From: an uncultured Thiohalocapsa sp.
GTDB lineage: Bacteria > Pseudomonadota > Gammaproteobacteria > Chromatiales > Chromatiaceae
DNA length: 64,000 nt
Reading direction: 5' to 3'
Assembly: GCA_964524185.1 (NCBI GenBank)
Contig: CAZGCI010000010.1
Location: forward strand, 520 to 64,519
Within the stretch, counting starts at the first letter, position 1. Every line of letters starts with the position of its first letter. The translations under genes were made by a program, and so were the position numbers. Below, piece after piece: positions 1 to 8,216 of the stretch. Under the pieces are notes generated by a model. That model was not told where the DNA came from, did no database searches, and worked only from the letters and a program-made list of their open reading frames with translations.

Positions 1-59
1 CACCAGCGCGAGAGGGGCAGGCTCCCTCCTCCCGCGCCTGCGTTTGCCTCACCCACCGA

Positions 60-1013
60 TCACGCGAATAGGCCCCGCAGCAGCGTCTCCAGCGCTCGCT
101 GCTCGCGCTGCGGATTGAACATTGGCCGCAGCGCACGGCAGGCGTGCTCGAGTGCAGCGTAGAACCCAGCATCGTGCTCCGCATCCAGTAGGAGCTCCCG
201 CAGCGCTTGCGCATCCGCCACCGGATAGAAGCCCGGGTAGTCCGCACCGAGCAAACCGATCGATCCATGGATGCGCGACGCGACCACCGGCAGATCGGCC
301 ATCACCGCCTCGCCGACGACGTTGGCACCACCCTCCATCCGGGACGGAAGCACCAGCAAATGGGACCGAGCGAAAGCGCGGCGCAGGCGATGGCGCGGCA
401 CCTCGCCGTGCCATTGAAACCGCGGGTTCGCCGCCATCTCCGCCTTGGCTTGCTGAGCCCACTCCGGGCTGTGCGCACCGCCGAAGAGGTCGACTCGGAT
501 GCGGCTGGAAGCAGGCAAATCACGCACCGCGTAGGCGGGCCGCAGTGGATCTTTTTCCTCGCGCAGGTGCCCCGCGACGCAAACCCGAAAATCGCGCTGG
601 GCCGGCTGGCGCGGGAGGCCGAGCGGCGCCGACTGATGGATCACCCGCAGCTTGCCGCGATGCGCTGAGGGCACAACCTCCCCAATCAGATCATGGAGAC
701 CCACCAACACGTGGGCCAGCTCCATTGAGTGCAGCGTCTGCGCTGGGTGACTGTGAATGAACCGGTAGGCATCGGTGCCGGTCAACACGACCACCAGCGG
801 CCGGTCCGGGTGCTCCATCGCAAAGCGCCTGATCGAGTCGGCGCTGCGCCAGGCGTGCAGCGCGATCATCACGTCGGCCGACTCGCCGTGGTAGTCGCGG
901 CTGACGTCTACGCGATGCCCCAGCCCGCGCAGCATCGATGCCCATCGCGCAGCCGTCGTCCAGTTGCCTCCCCGCGCGCGCGACGGCGCCGGGGTGATCA
1001 GGTGTATTCGCAT
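60..1013 (-). CDS. senB: Glycosyltransferase, SenB-like selenosugar synthase (selenoneine pathway)
   Basis: ORF 60..1130 (-). The conserved-looking N-terminus MRIHLITPAPSRARGGNWTTA begins at ATG 1011-1013 (alternative ATG at 1025). C-terminal GT-B-like motif LVLPSRMEGGANVVGEA. Divergent from the EgtB-like and SelD genes. Confidence 0.75.
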   Translation of the reverse strand: MRIHLITPAPSRARGGNWTTAARWASMLRGLGHRVDVSRDYHGESADVMIALHAWRSADSIRRFAMEHPDRPLVVVLTGTDAYRFIHSHPAQTLHSMELAHVLVGLHDLIGEVVPSAHRGKLRVIHQSAPLGLPRQPAQRDFRVCVAGHLREEKDPLRPAYAVRDLPASSRIRVDLFGGAHSPEWAQQAKAEMAANPRFQWHGEVPRHRLRRAFARSHLLVLPSRMEGGANVVGEAVMADLPVVASRIHGSIGLLGADYPGFYPVADAQALRELLLDAEHDAGFYAALEHACRALRPMFNPQREQRALETLLRGLFA

Positions 1014-1065
1014 CGAGGATCCCATGTATGCGAACGTTGCCAGGCGCCAACTTAACCCATGAGGC

Positions 1066-2370
1066 ATGGACGTGCAGTTGCCCGAGCCACGCGAACTGAT
1101 TGTGCAGATCGACGACGCCCGCGCGCGCACTCTGGCCCTGACACAGGATCTGGATGCGCAGCAGCTGATGGGCCCAAGATTGCCGACGGTGAACCCGCTG
1201 CGCTGGGAAATCGGCCACGCAGCCTATTTCTACGAGTATTGGGTGCTGCGGCAGCACCTCGGTGAAGCACCGGTGCGGCCAGACGTAGACCAGCTCTTTG
1301 ACTCCATCACCATCGCCCACGACACCCGCTGGGACCTGCCACTGCCGCCGCTGGAAGAGACGCTGGCCTACATGGACGCCGTCAAGCAACGCATGCGCCA
1401 TCACCTCGAGCAGGGACCGCCGGATGCCCGGCGCGACTATCTCACCCAATACGCCGTGTTCCACGAGGACATGCACACCGAGGCCTTCACCTATACGCGC
1501 CAGACGCTGGCCTATCCGCCGCCGGCGATCGGCGCGGCGGCCGATCCGGGCTGGAGCGCCGGGGGTCTGGAGGCTGATGCAGACATCCCGGGCGGCAGGT
1601 TCCTGCTGGGCGCGCGACCAGACGCCGGTTTCGTGTTCGATAACGAAAAGTGGGCACATCCGGTGGAGGTTGAGTCGTTTCGCATCGCGCGGGCGGCAGT
1701 CAGCAATACCGAGTTTGCCGCGTTCGTCGACGACGGCGGTTACCGGCGCCCCGACCTCTGGGACGCAGCAGGCTGGGCATGGCGCAGCAGCGCCGGACTC
1801 GAGCACCCGGTCCACTGGCGGCGCGCGGACGACGGCTGGCAATGGCGGCACTTCGACCGTTGGCAGCCGTTGCCACTGCAGGCGGCGGTGATCCACGTGA
1901 GCTGGTATGAGGCGAAGGCCTGGTGCCGCTGGGCGGGGCGTCGCCTGCCGACTGAGGTCGAGTGGGAAGTGGCGGCCGCCGGCGAATCAAGCGCCGACGG
2001 CACGACCCTGGCGCCCGTGCAGCGGCGCTATCCCTGGGGCGACAACCCACCTGAGCCCTCGCGCGCGAACCTGGACGGCCGCGCGCTCGGCACCATCGAC
2101 GTCGGCGCACTGCCGGCCGGCGACAGCGCTTTCGGCTGCCGACAGATGCTCGGCAACGTCTGGGAGTGGACCGACACCAGCTTCGGGCCCTACCCCGGCT
2201 TCACCCCCGACATGTATCGCGACTACTCCATGCCGCTGTTCGGTCAAACCCGGGTGCTGCGTGGCGGCTGCTGGGCCACGCGCTCGCGCCTGATCCGCAA
2301 CACCTGGCGCAATTACTATGGCCCCGAGCGCAACGACGTGTTCGCGGGCTTCCGAACCTGCGCGGTCTGA
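1066..2370 (+). CDS. senA: EgtB-like DinB/FGE-sulfatase-domain C-Se/C-S bond-forming synthase (SenA-like selenoneine synthase)
   Basis: 434-aa ORF. N-terminal DinB-like region with WEIGHAAYF and FHEDMHTEAF (HxxxH metal ligands). C-terminal FGE-sulfatase-type region (GNVWEWT, RVLRGGCW). Sits between the GT and SelD genes. Confidence 0.8.
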   Translation: MDVQLPEPRELIVQIDDARARTLALTQDLDAQQLMGPRLPTVNPLRWEIGHAAYFYEYWVLRQHLGEAPVRPDVDQLFDSITIAHDTRWDLPLPPLEETLAYMDAVKQRMRHHLEQGPPDARRDYLTQYAVFHEDMHTEAFTYTRQTLAYPPPAIGAAADPGWSAGGLEADADIPGGRFLLGARPDAGFVFDNEKWAHPVEVESFRIARAAVSNTEFAAFVDDGGYRRPDLWDAAGWAWRSSAGLEHPVHWRRADDGWQWRHFDRWQPLPLQAAVIHVSWYEAKAWCRWAGRRLPTEVEWEVAAAGESSADGTTLAPVQRRYPWGDNPPEPSRANLDGRALGTIDVGALPAGDSAFGCRQMLGNVWEWTDTSFGPYPGFTPDMYRDYSMPLFGQTRVLRGGCWATRSRLIRNTWRNYYGPERNDVFAGFRTCAV

Positions 2371-2411
2371 ACCTGCGTAAACCGACCGGCAGCACGAGGG
2401 AGAATTGCCCG

Positions 2412-4745
2412 ATGCAGAAGATCAACGCGCCCGTCGCCAAGGACCTGGTGCTGGTCGGCGGCGGCCACGCGCACGTCGCGGTGCTGCGCCGTTTCGGGAT
2501 GCGACCCTTGCCGGGGCTGCGCCTGACGCTGATCACGCGCGATATCCACACCCCTTACTCCGGGATGCTGCCGGGCTACATCGCCGGTCATTACACCTTT
2601 GATGCATCCCACATTGACCTGGGCCCGCTGGCCCGCTTCGCCGGCGCGCGGCTGTATCACGGCGCGGTGCGGGGGCTGGACCCCGAGGCCAGGCTGCTTG
2701 AGGTGGAGGGGCGTCCGCCGGTGCACTACGACCTGCTGTCGATCAACACCGGGTCACGCCCGGGAACGCTGGACGTGCCGGGGGCCGCGGACGTCGCACT
2801 GCCGGTGAAGCCCATCGACGCCTTCCTGCGGGGCTGGGAGGCGCTGGTCCAGCGCGTGCTCGACAGCCAGGGGCGCTTCCGAATCGCGGTGGTCGGCGGC
2901 GGCGCTGGCGGCGTCGAACTGGCGCTCGCGACCCAGTACCGCTTGCAGACGCTGCTGCGGGAGCGCAGCGACGATCCGCAGCGGCTCGACTACCTGTTGC
3001 TCACGCAGGGACCGAACATCCTGCCCACGCACAACGCTGGCGTGCGCTCGCGCTTTTACCGCGTGATGGGCGAGCGCGACATCCGGGTGCTGACCGAACA
3101 CCGCGTCACCGAGCTGCGGGAAGGTGTCATCGTCGCCGAGGGCCAGCCGGAGCTGCAGGCGGACGCAGTGCTCTGGGTCACCTCTGCGTCGGCACCGGAC
3201 TGGCCCGCCAAGGCGGGGCTCGCGGTGGACGACGGCGGTTTCATTCGTGTGGACGCAAACCTGCAGTCGATATCGCACCCGGGCGTGTTCGTCGCCGGCG
3301 ATGTCGCGGCCATGCCGGACCCACGCCCGAAATCGGGGGTGTTTGCGGTGCGCCAGGGACCGGTCCTCACCGAGAACCTGCGCCGCGCGGCCACCGGCCG
3401 ACCCCTGAAACCTTATCGGCCCCAGAAAAACTTCCTCGGCCTGATCAGCACCGGCGACCGTCACGCGGTAGCCTCACGCGGCGCGTTCTCGTTGGAAGGC
3501 GCCTGGCTGTGGCGGCTGAAGGACTGGATCGACCGCCGTTTCATGGAGCGTTTCAACGAACTGCCGGAGATGCCGGCCGAGGACGCGCCAGAACTGGCCG
3601 CCGGTATCGCGGACGCGGACGCCATCCGGGAGCTCTCGACCCTCGCGATGCGCTGCGGTGGCTGCGGCGCCAAGGTCGGCAGCACGGTGCTCACCCGGGT
3701 GATGCAGCGCCTGCCCGTATCCGGGCGTGCGGACGTGGTGCTCGGGATCGACGCCCCGGACGACGCCACCGTGCTCGCCGTCCCCGAGGGACGCCTGCTG
3801 GTTCAGAGCGTGGACTACTTCCGCGCCTTCATCGACGACACCTACACCTTCGGGCGCATTGCCGCGAACCACGCGCTGGGCGACCTGTTCGCCATGGGCG
3901 CGGAGCCCCAGTCCGCATTGGCGATCGCCACCGTCCCTTACGGCCGCGAACGCGTGGTCGAGGAATCCCTGTACGAGCTGCTGACCGGCGCGCTCAGCGT
4001 CCTGCAGCCGAGCGGCGCGGTCCTGGCCGGCGGTCATTCCAGCGAAGGCGCCGAACTCGCCTTCGGGCTCACCGTGAACGGCCTGGTCGACCCGGACCGG
4101 ATCTGGCGCAAGGGCGGCATGCGACCGGGCGATGTTTTGGTGCTGACCAAGCCCGTTGGCACCGGCACCCTGTTCGCCGCCGACATGCGCCGCAAGGCGA
4201 AAGGCCGCTGGATCGATCAGGCGATCGAGTCCATGTGCGTCAGCAACCAGCAGGCTGGAGAGGTATTGCGGCACCACGGGGCGACGGCCTGCACGGACGT
4301 CACCGGCTTCGGACTGCTGGGCCACCTGCTAGAAATGACCCGAGCCTCCGACGTGGACGCGGTGCTCGACATCGACGCGATCCCGGTGCTCGACGGCGCG
4401 GCGGAGACGGTGGCCGCGGGCATCCTGTCCTCCCTGCAGCCGGCAAACCTCCGGTTGCGCCGTGGCGTCGCCGATCTGGAGCAGGCCGCCCGCCACCCGC
4501 ACTTCCCGCTGCTGTTCGACCCGCAGACGGCCGGCGGCCTGCTCGCCAGTGTGCCGGCGGACCGGGTCGAAGCCTGCGTGGCCGAACTGCAGCGCGCGGG
4601 CTACCCAACCGCGGCGGTGATCGGGCGGGTGGAGACCCGGGGCGACGCGCTGGAGCCCATCCGGCTGCGCCCCTGTCCCGAACCGGTTCTCGCACGCGGG
4701 AGCGGCGCGCAACCCCCGCCGCCGATGCCGACGGACGGACGGTAA
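2412..4745 (+). CDS. selD: Fusion of a pyridine-nucleotide-disulfide (NDH-2/SQR-like) flavoprotein with selenide, water dikinase (SelD/SenC)
   Basis: ATG 2412 is preceded by GAGGGAGAA. N-terminal half has LVLVGGGHAHVA and a second Rossmann motif RIAVVGGGAGGVELA. C-terminal half is SelD-like (LAMRCGGCGAKVGS, DDATVL, AIR-synthase-type fold motifs GFGLLGH). The long ORF start at 2166 overlaps senA and is rejected. Confidence 0.88.
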   Translation: MQKINAPVAKDLVLVGGGHAHVAVLRRFGMRPLPGLRLTLITRDIHTPYSGMLPGYIAGHYTFDASHIDLGPLARFAGARLYHGAVRGLDPEARLLEVEGRPPVHYDLLSINTGSRPGTLDVPGAADVALPVKPIDAFLRGWEALVQRVLDSQGRFRIAVVGGGAGGVELALATQYRLQTLLRERSDDPQRLDYLLLTQGPNILPTHNAGVRSRFYRVMGERDIRVLTEHRVTELREGVIVAEGQPELQADAVLWVTSASAPDWPAKAGLAVDDGGFIRVDANLQSISHPGVFVAGDVAAMPDPRPKSGVFAVRQGPVLTENLRRAATGRPLKPYRPQKNFLGLISTGDRHAVASRGAFSLEGAWLWRLKDWIDRRFMERFNELPEMPAEDAPELAAGIADADAIRELSTLAMRCGGCGAKVGSTVLTRVMQRLPVSGRADVVLGIDAPDDATVLAVPEGRLLVQSVDYFRAFIDDTYTFGRIAANHALGDLFAMGAEPQSALAIATVPYGRERVVEESLYELLTGALSVLQPSGAVLAGGHSSEGAELAFGLTVNGLVDPDRIWRKGGMRPGDVLVLTKPVGTGTLFAADMRRKAKGRWIDQAIESMCVSNQQAGEVLRHHGATACTDVTGFGLLGHLLEMTRASDVDAVLDIDAIPVLDGAAETVAAGILSSLQPANLRLRRGVADLEQAARHPHFPLLFDPQTAGGLLASVPADRVEACVAELQRAGYPTAAVIGRVETRGDALEPIRLRPCPEPVLARGSGAQPPPPMPTDGR

Positions 4746-4974
4746 GAGGGCGCGGCATAAACCCCGGAAGATCTCGCCGACGCCCGCACGCCCAACGCAC
4801 TCGAGTGGTGCGGTAGGGCCATGTACCCGAGGCGGTTCCACGAGCTTTGAATAGGAACGCCGAGACGAAGCCGAGCTGTCCGTCGTCGGGTTGGGCGCCG
4901 ATCCACCCCGCGGCCTACGCCTTGGCATCGGCGCGCACACCCGCGGGCCACGGGCGCTGCCAACAGAGTTTAGG

Positions 4975-5319
4975 TTAAAACACCAAGACCCTGTCGGCCG
5001 CGACCGTGCGCTCAGCAAGCTCCTCCATGGTGCTGCGCTGCGCGCCCTCGACCAGTTCGTCATCGGCGATGCCGCGCGCGTCCATGCAGGTGCCGCAGAG
5101 CAGCATCTCCCCTTTTCGTGCCACGCCCTTCACCATCAGCTCCAGGTTGTAGTAGCCCTGCGGTACGTGCTGCCCGGCCTTGGCGCAGGAGACTGCATCG
5201 GCCATCAGGAAGACGCTGACCGTCTCGCCTTTGCCTTGCAGGGCCTTGGCCAGGCGCAGCCCGTTGAAGCTGCGCTCGGTCCCGTAAGCAGGATCATTGA
5301 GGATAAAAAGGGTGCGCAT
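4975..5319 (-). CDS. DsrE/DsrF(YchN)-like sulfur-relay family protein
   Basis: ORF 4975..5382 (-). Likely start is ATG 5319 (MRTLFILNDPAYGTER). Characteristic LCGTCMDARG motif. Confidence 0.78.
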   Translation of the reverse strand: MRTLFILNDPAYGTERSFNGLRLAKALQGKGETVSVFLMADAVSCAKAGQHVPQGYYNLELMVKGVARKGEMLLCGTCMDARGIADDELVEGAQRSTMEELAERTVAADRVLVF

Positions 5320-5527
5320 GGTGACATGCTCCGCGGTCGAGGTTGAAGCCGCGAGTATCCCACGGGCGTCGATTTCGTTCAAAGATAAAGTTGAATGAAG
5401 CGGTGGGGGTCGGGCATCCTGGTGCTTCTTTGCGGAAAGCCCGAGACCGGTCGCGCGATTTGTCTACTGCTGCACTCGCCGTATCCAGCGCTATACTTTT
5501 TCGACATGTCTTTGTCAGCACCCCGCC

Positions 5528-6199
5528 GTGACCAAGCCCGCATCGCCCAAGCAACAGTTGTTCGGACATCTCGCGGTCATCGCGCGCGCCCTCGGGCACG
5601 CGGCGCGGCTGGAACTGCTCGACTACCTGGCCCAAGGCGAGCGCAGCGTCGAGGAACTGGTGCACCTGAGTGGGCTCTCGGTCGCCAATACCTCCAAGCA
5701 TCTGCAGCAGCTGAAGGCGGCGGGACTGGTCGACGCTCGCCGCGACGGTAAGTACGTGCGTTACTCGCTCGGCGATGCGCGGCTGCTCGACGCCCTCGCC
5801 GCGCTGCGCGGCATCGCCCAGGACCGCAGCGATGCAGTCGCCGAGCTCCTGAAGCAGTATTTGGTGCAGCGCGATGCGCTCGCGCCGATGCCGGCCGCGG
5901 AGCTATTGGAGCAGGCACGCGATGGGCTGGTCACGGTGCTTGATGTACGCCCCGCCGAAGAATTCGGCCAGGGCCACCTGCCTGGGGCCCTCAACATCCC
6001 CCTCGATCAGCTCAAGCTGCGGCTCGCGGAGCTGCCGCCGGAGCGCCAGGTGGTCGCCTACTGCCGCGGGCCCTGGTGCGTGTTGTCATTCGAGGCGGTC
6101 GCAGCGCTGCGCGAGGCAGGTTTTCAGGCGCGGCGCCTCGCCGATGGCCTGCCCGAGTGGCGCCACGCCGGACTGCCGTTGGCGCGGAACTCAATCTGA
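5528..6199 (+). CDS. ArsR/SmtB-family HTH regulator fused to a rhodanese domain
   Basis: GTG start at 5528. ArsR wHTH (RLELLDYLAQGERSVEELVHLSGLSVANTSKHLQQLKAAGLV). C-terminal rhodanese with active-site loop YCRGPWCVLS. Divergent from the DsrE-like gene. Confidence 0.85.
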   Translation: MTKPASPKQQLFGHLAVIARALGHAARLELLDYLAQGERSVEELVHLSGLSVANTSKHLQQLKAAGLVDARRDGKYVRYSLGDARLLDALAALRGIAQDRSDAVAELLKQYLVQRDALAPMPAAELLEQARDGLVTVLDVRPAEEFGQGHLPGALNIPLDQLKLRLAELPPERQVVAYCRGPWCVLSFEAVAALREAGFQARRLADGLPEWRHAGLPLARNSI

Positions 6200-6402
6200 C
6201 CGGGAGCTATGCGTTATTGCTGGGGCGCCGGCAGCCGATCGGGCTCCGCGATGCAGACGCGAGATTGCGGCGAGCCGGTCCCGCATCTGCGCGCGCATCG
6301 GTGCCGGCAACTCCGCCAACGTGAGTCCGTCTCGTGCCCTGCCAGGCGCCCCGCGATACGCACCCTGACGACCGTCCAACGACGCTATTCAGGTGGAGCG
6401 CT

Positions 6403-6432
6403 TTGGACTTTCGCCGAACGTCCAACTATCTT
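6403..6432 (+). promoter_or_regulatory. Candidate sigma70-like promoter (TTGGAC-N18-TATCTT) upstream of the hairpin RNA
   Basis: TTGGAC at 6403-6408 and TATCTT at 6427-6432. This would place a transcription start near 6440, just 5' of the structured element. Confidence 0.2.
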
Positions 6433-6463
6433 CCTCGGTTAAAGTCCCGGGGGTAGACGGACC

Positions 6464-6641
6464 GGGGGTATACCCGTTGCACATGGGTTTTCGTGAAAGC
6501 GAGGTGCGTCGCTCGTGCCCGAGCACAAGGCACGACGACGCGTCATAGTCACCACTATGGCGAGGCGTCGTCAGCGGCGATCGGGTGCGAGCGGCGTGCA
6601 TCGCGACCGAAAACCCATGTTTCAGGGGTGTATGTCTCCCC
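6464..6641 (+). ncRNA. Candidate structured ncRNA or 5' leader: a ~178-nt rod-like imperfect hairpin (6S-like architecture, family unassigned)
   Basis: Nested helices read directly from the sequence: 6482-6493/6608-6619 (12 bp perfect), 6499-6512/6591-6604 (14 positions, 13 paired incl. 3 G.U, 1 mismatch), 6513-6522/6581-6590 (10 bp, 2 G.U), 6534-6541/6565-6572 (8 bp), 6544-6549/6554-6559 (6 bp, CACC loop). The G.U pairs exist only in the + strand transcript. Confidence 0.4.
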
Positions 6642-6715
6642 TTACCACCAAAGGCCGGCGTGAGCGCTGATCCCAGCCGCCGGCATCCAATCACAAGACC
6701 ACTGAGGCTGGAGCG

Positions 6716-7729
6716 ATGTTCGCTGAGTTTTTCCACATGACATTCCGCCGTTTCAGCGGCGGTATTGATGCGTTGTCCAGCGCAGACGCGCCATCACCAG
6801 CGTGCGCCGGTGTGCTGGATCAGGCCGTCGAGCACGTCGTTGACCGCGTCTCTCCGCGGCTGCGTGCCGTGTCCGGCTATACCCGCCGACTGCGTAAACC
6901 CGTCGTGACAGCGCTGCATGCCGTTGATCAGTTGGTGGACGCCATGCCGCCCGTCCTGCCCTGTGATCGGGCCGCCTATGCATCCGACCCGCGGGTGGCC
7001 GCCTTCTTTGTCAATCATGCCGAGCTGCGCGCGGTGTTCAGCCAGAGCCAGGAAGTGCGCGATCTCTTCGGCGCCAACGCTGGCGCAGAGGCGTGTTTCG
7101 CCCTGCTCTGCATGCAGCGCGCAGAGCACCGCCAGTTGGGTATGGCCGTGGAGGGCGATGTGCTGCGCAAGGACATACTGCAGAGTACGGTGAGCTTCAC
7201 CGACCACCAACTGGTCTCGCCGGGGATCGACGAGGTCGCCGGCCGTTGCGCGTTGAAATGCTGCATCTTCAACAGCCTCATCAGCCACATTCATCTGGAG
7301 TCCGCCGGCGCACAAACCCGCAGTGCGGAGCTTGCGCGCCGCGCGCAAGCCTGGCGCGCACGCTTGCGGCGCGCCACCCCGGGCTCGCCGGCACACGCGG
7401 CGCTGCAACGCGAGATCGATGCCATCGAGGCGGAGCAACAGGCGCCGACGCTCAAGCTGGCGACGCTGAACGATCTGTTCGACTATGTGGCCGACGCCCT
7501 GTCGCACCCGACCAAGCTGGTCAGCGCCCGCCAATACAGCATCTTCGTCGATCGCTTGGGCGTCCTCTACGACGCCGCCCACAGCGCCGGCGCCCGCGAG
7601 GTGGCGTTGACGGAGATCCAGGTCGCGGGCCATCACCCGCGTATCGCCTGCCTGGTCAGCTTCCCCCGCGCGGAGCTGCTCCCAGAGCGCGACTTCGTCC
7701 GTGAGGCGAGCATCTTTCTGGCCGCCTGA
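6716..7729 (+). CDS. Hypothetical protein (no family recognised)
   Basis: 337-aa ORF with GGAG 5 nt upstream of ATG 6716 (alternative ATG 6737). Composition looks coding, but no motif was recognised. Confidence 0.55.
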   Translation: MFAEFFHMTFRRFSGGIDALSSADAPSPACAGVLDQAVEHVVDRVSPRLRAVSGYTRRLRKPVVTALHAVDQLVDAMPPVLPCDRAAYASDPRVAAFFVNHAELRAVFSQSQEVRDLFGANAGAEACFALLCMQRAEHRQLGMAVEGDVLRKDILQSTVSFTDHQLVSPGIDEVAGRCALKCCIFNSLISHIHLESAGAQTRSAELARRAQAWRARLRRATPGSPAHAALQREIDAIEAEQQAPTLKLATLNDLFDYVADALSHPTKLVSARQYSIFVDRLGVLYDAAHSAGAREVALTEIQVAGHHPRIACLVSFPRAELLPERDFVREASIFLAA

Positions 7730-7856
7730 CAGAGGTATGGCTTAGCGCCAGCAACCGTAGCAGTCACATGGCCGCAGCAAGAACACGCGGCTGACGGCCG
7801 CAGAGGCCGCCACCCCGGCACGACAATAGGCATAGACCACCAAGGTATCCCCACCC

Positions 7857-8138
7857 ATGAACGACGCCGCGACCAACCACAACCTCGTCCAACTCCTCAT
7901 GCAGCGCTTCGAGACCGAGCACCTCGACCGCATCCTGGCGCTCAGAGACCGCGTTGCCACCGGCCAGCTGCTCAGCGAGGAAGAGCAGACGTTCCTGGCG
8001 GACGTCTTCCAGGAAGCGATGGACAGCAAGCACCTCGTGGACCGCAACCCGGAGTACCAAGCGCTGTACGCCCGCGTCATTCACCTCTATCACGACATCA
8101 CCAGCCAAGCCCTGGCCAACGAACAGCAGCCGGGCTGA
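7857..8138 (+). CDS. Small helical hypothetical protein
   Basis: 93-aa ORF on the same strand, immediately upstream of the periplasmic DsrE-like gene. Non-repetitive, balanced composition. Confidence 0.5.
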   Translation: MNDAATNHNLVQLLMQRFETEHLDRILALRDRVATGQLLSEEEQTFLADVFQEAMDSKHLVDRNPEYQALYARVIHLYHDITSQALANEQQPG

Positions 8139-8216
8139 GCGGTTATGACGCAACCCACTCATCCACCGCCGATCCTACTGCCGATCCCATTTCCGATCCC
8201 ATTCAGGAGCCTATCG

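Noticed and set aside
691-1896. 401-aa ORF on the minus strand overlapping senB and senA.
   Set aside because: It runs antisense to a well-supported EgtB-like gene. It is Arg/Ala/Pro-rich with no motifs, which is typical of spurious long ORFs in GC-rich DNA.
2166-2411. Upstream extension of the SelD-fusion ORF, which would overlap senA by 205 nt.
   Set aside because: The extension is the out-of-frame 3' end of senA. ATG 2412 has a good GAGGGAGAA Shine-Dalgarno sequence, and the protein family begins there (MQKINAP...LVLVGGGHAHV).
3509-4816. 435-aa plus-strand ORF in an alternative frame of the SelD region, plus similar alternative-frame ORFs at 3474..4325 and 4329..5063.
   Set aside because: Extreme Arg/Gly/Pro composition, and it lies fully inside the SelD fusion gene, which has clear catalytic motifs in its own frame.
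6440-6660. The idea that the structured region is tmRNA (an ACCACCA string occurs at 6645-6651) or a retron msr/msd.
   Set aside because: It is far too short for tmRNA and has no tag-peptide reading frame. The downstream 337-aa protein has no reverse-transcriptase YxDD motif, so a retron is unsupported.
6389-6736. 115-aa minus-strand ORF covering the long hairpin, and the small minus-strand ORF 6191..6379.
   Set aside because: There is no coding-like composition or motif. The region is better explained by the nested RNA helices, whose G.U pairs favour the + strand.
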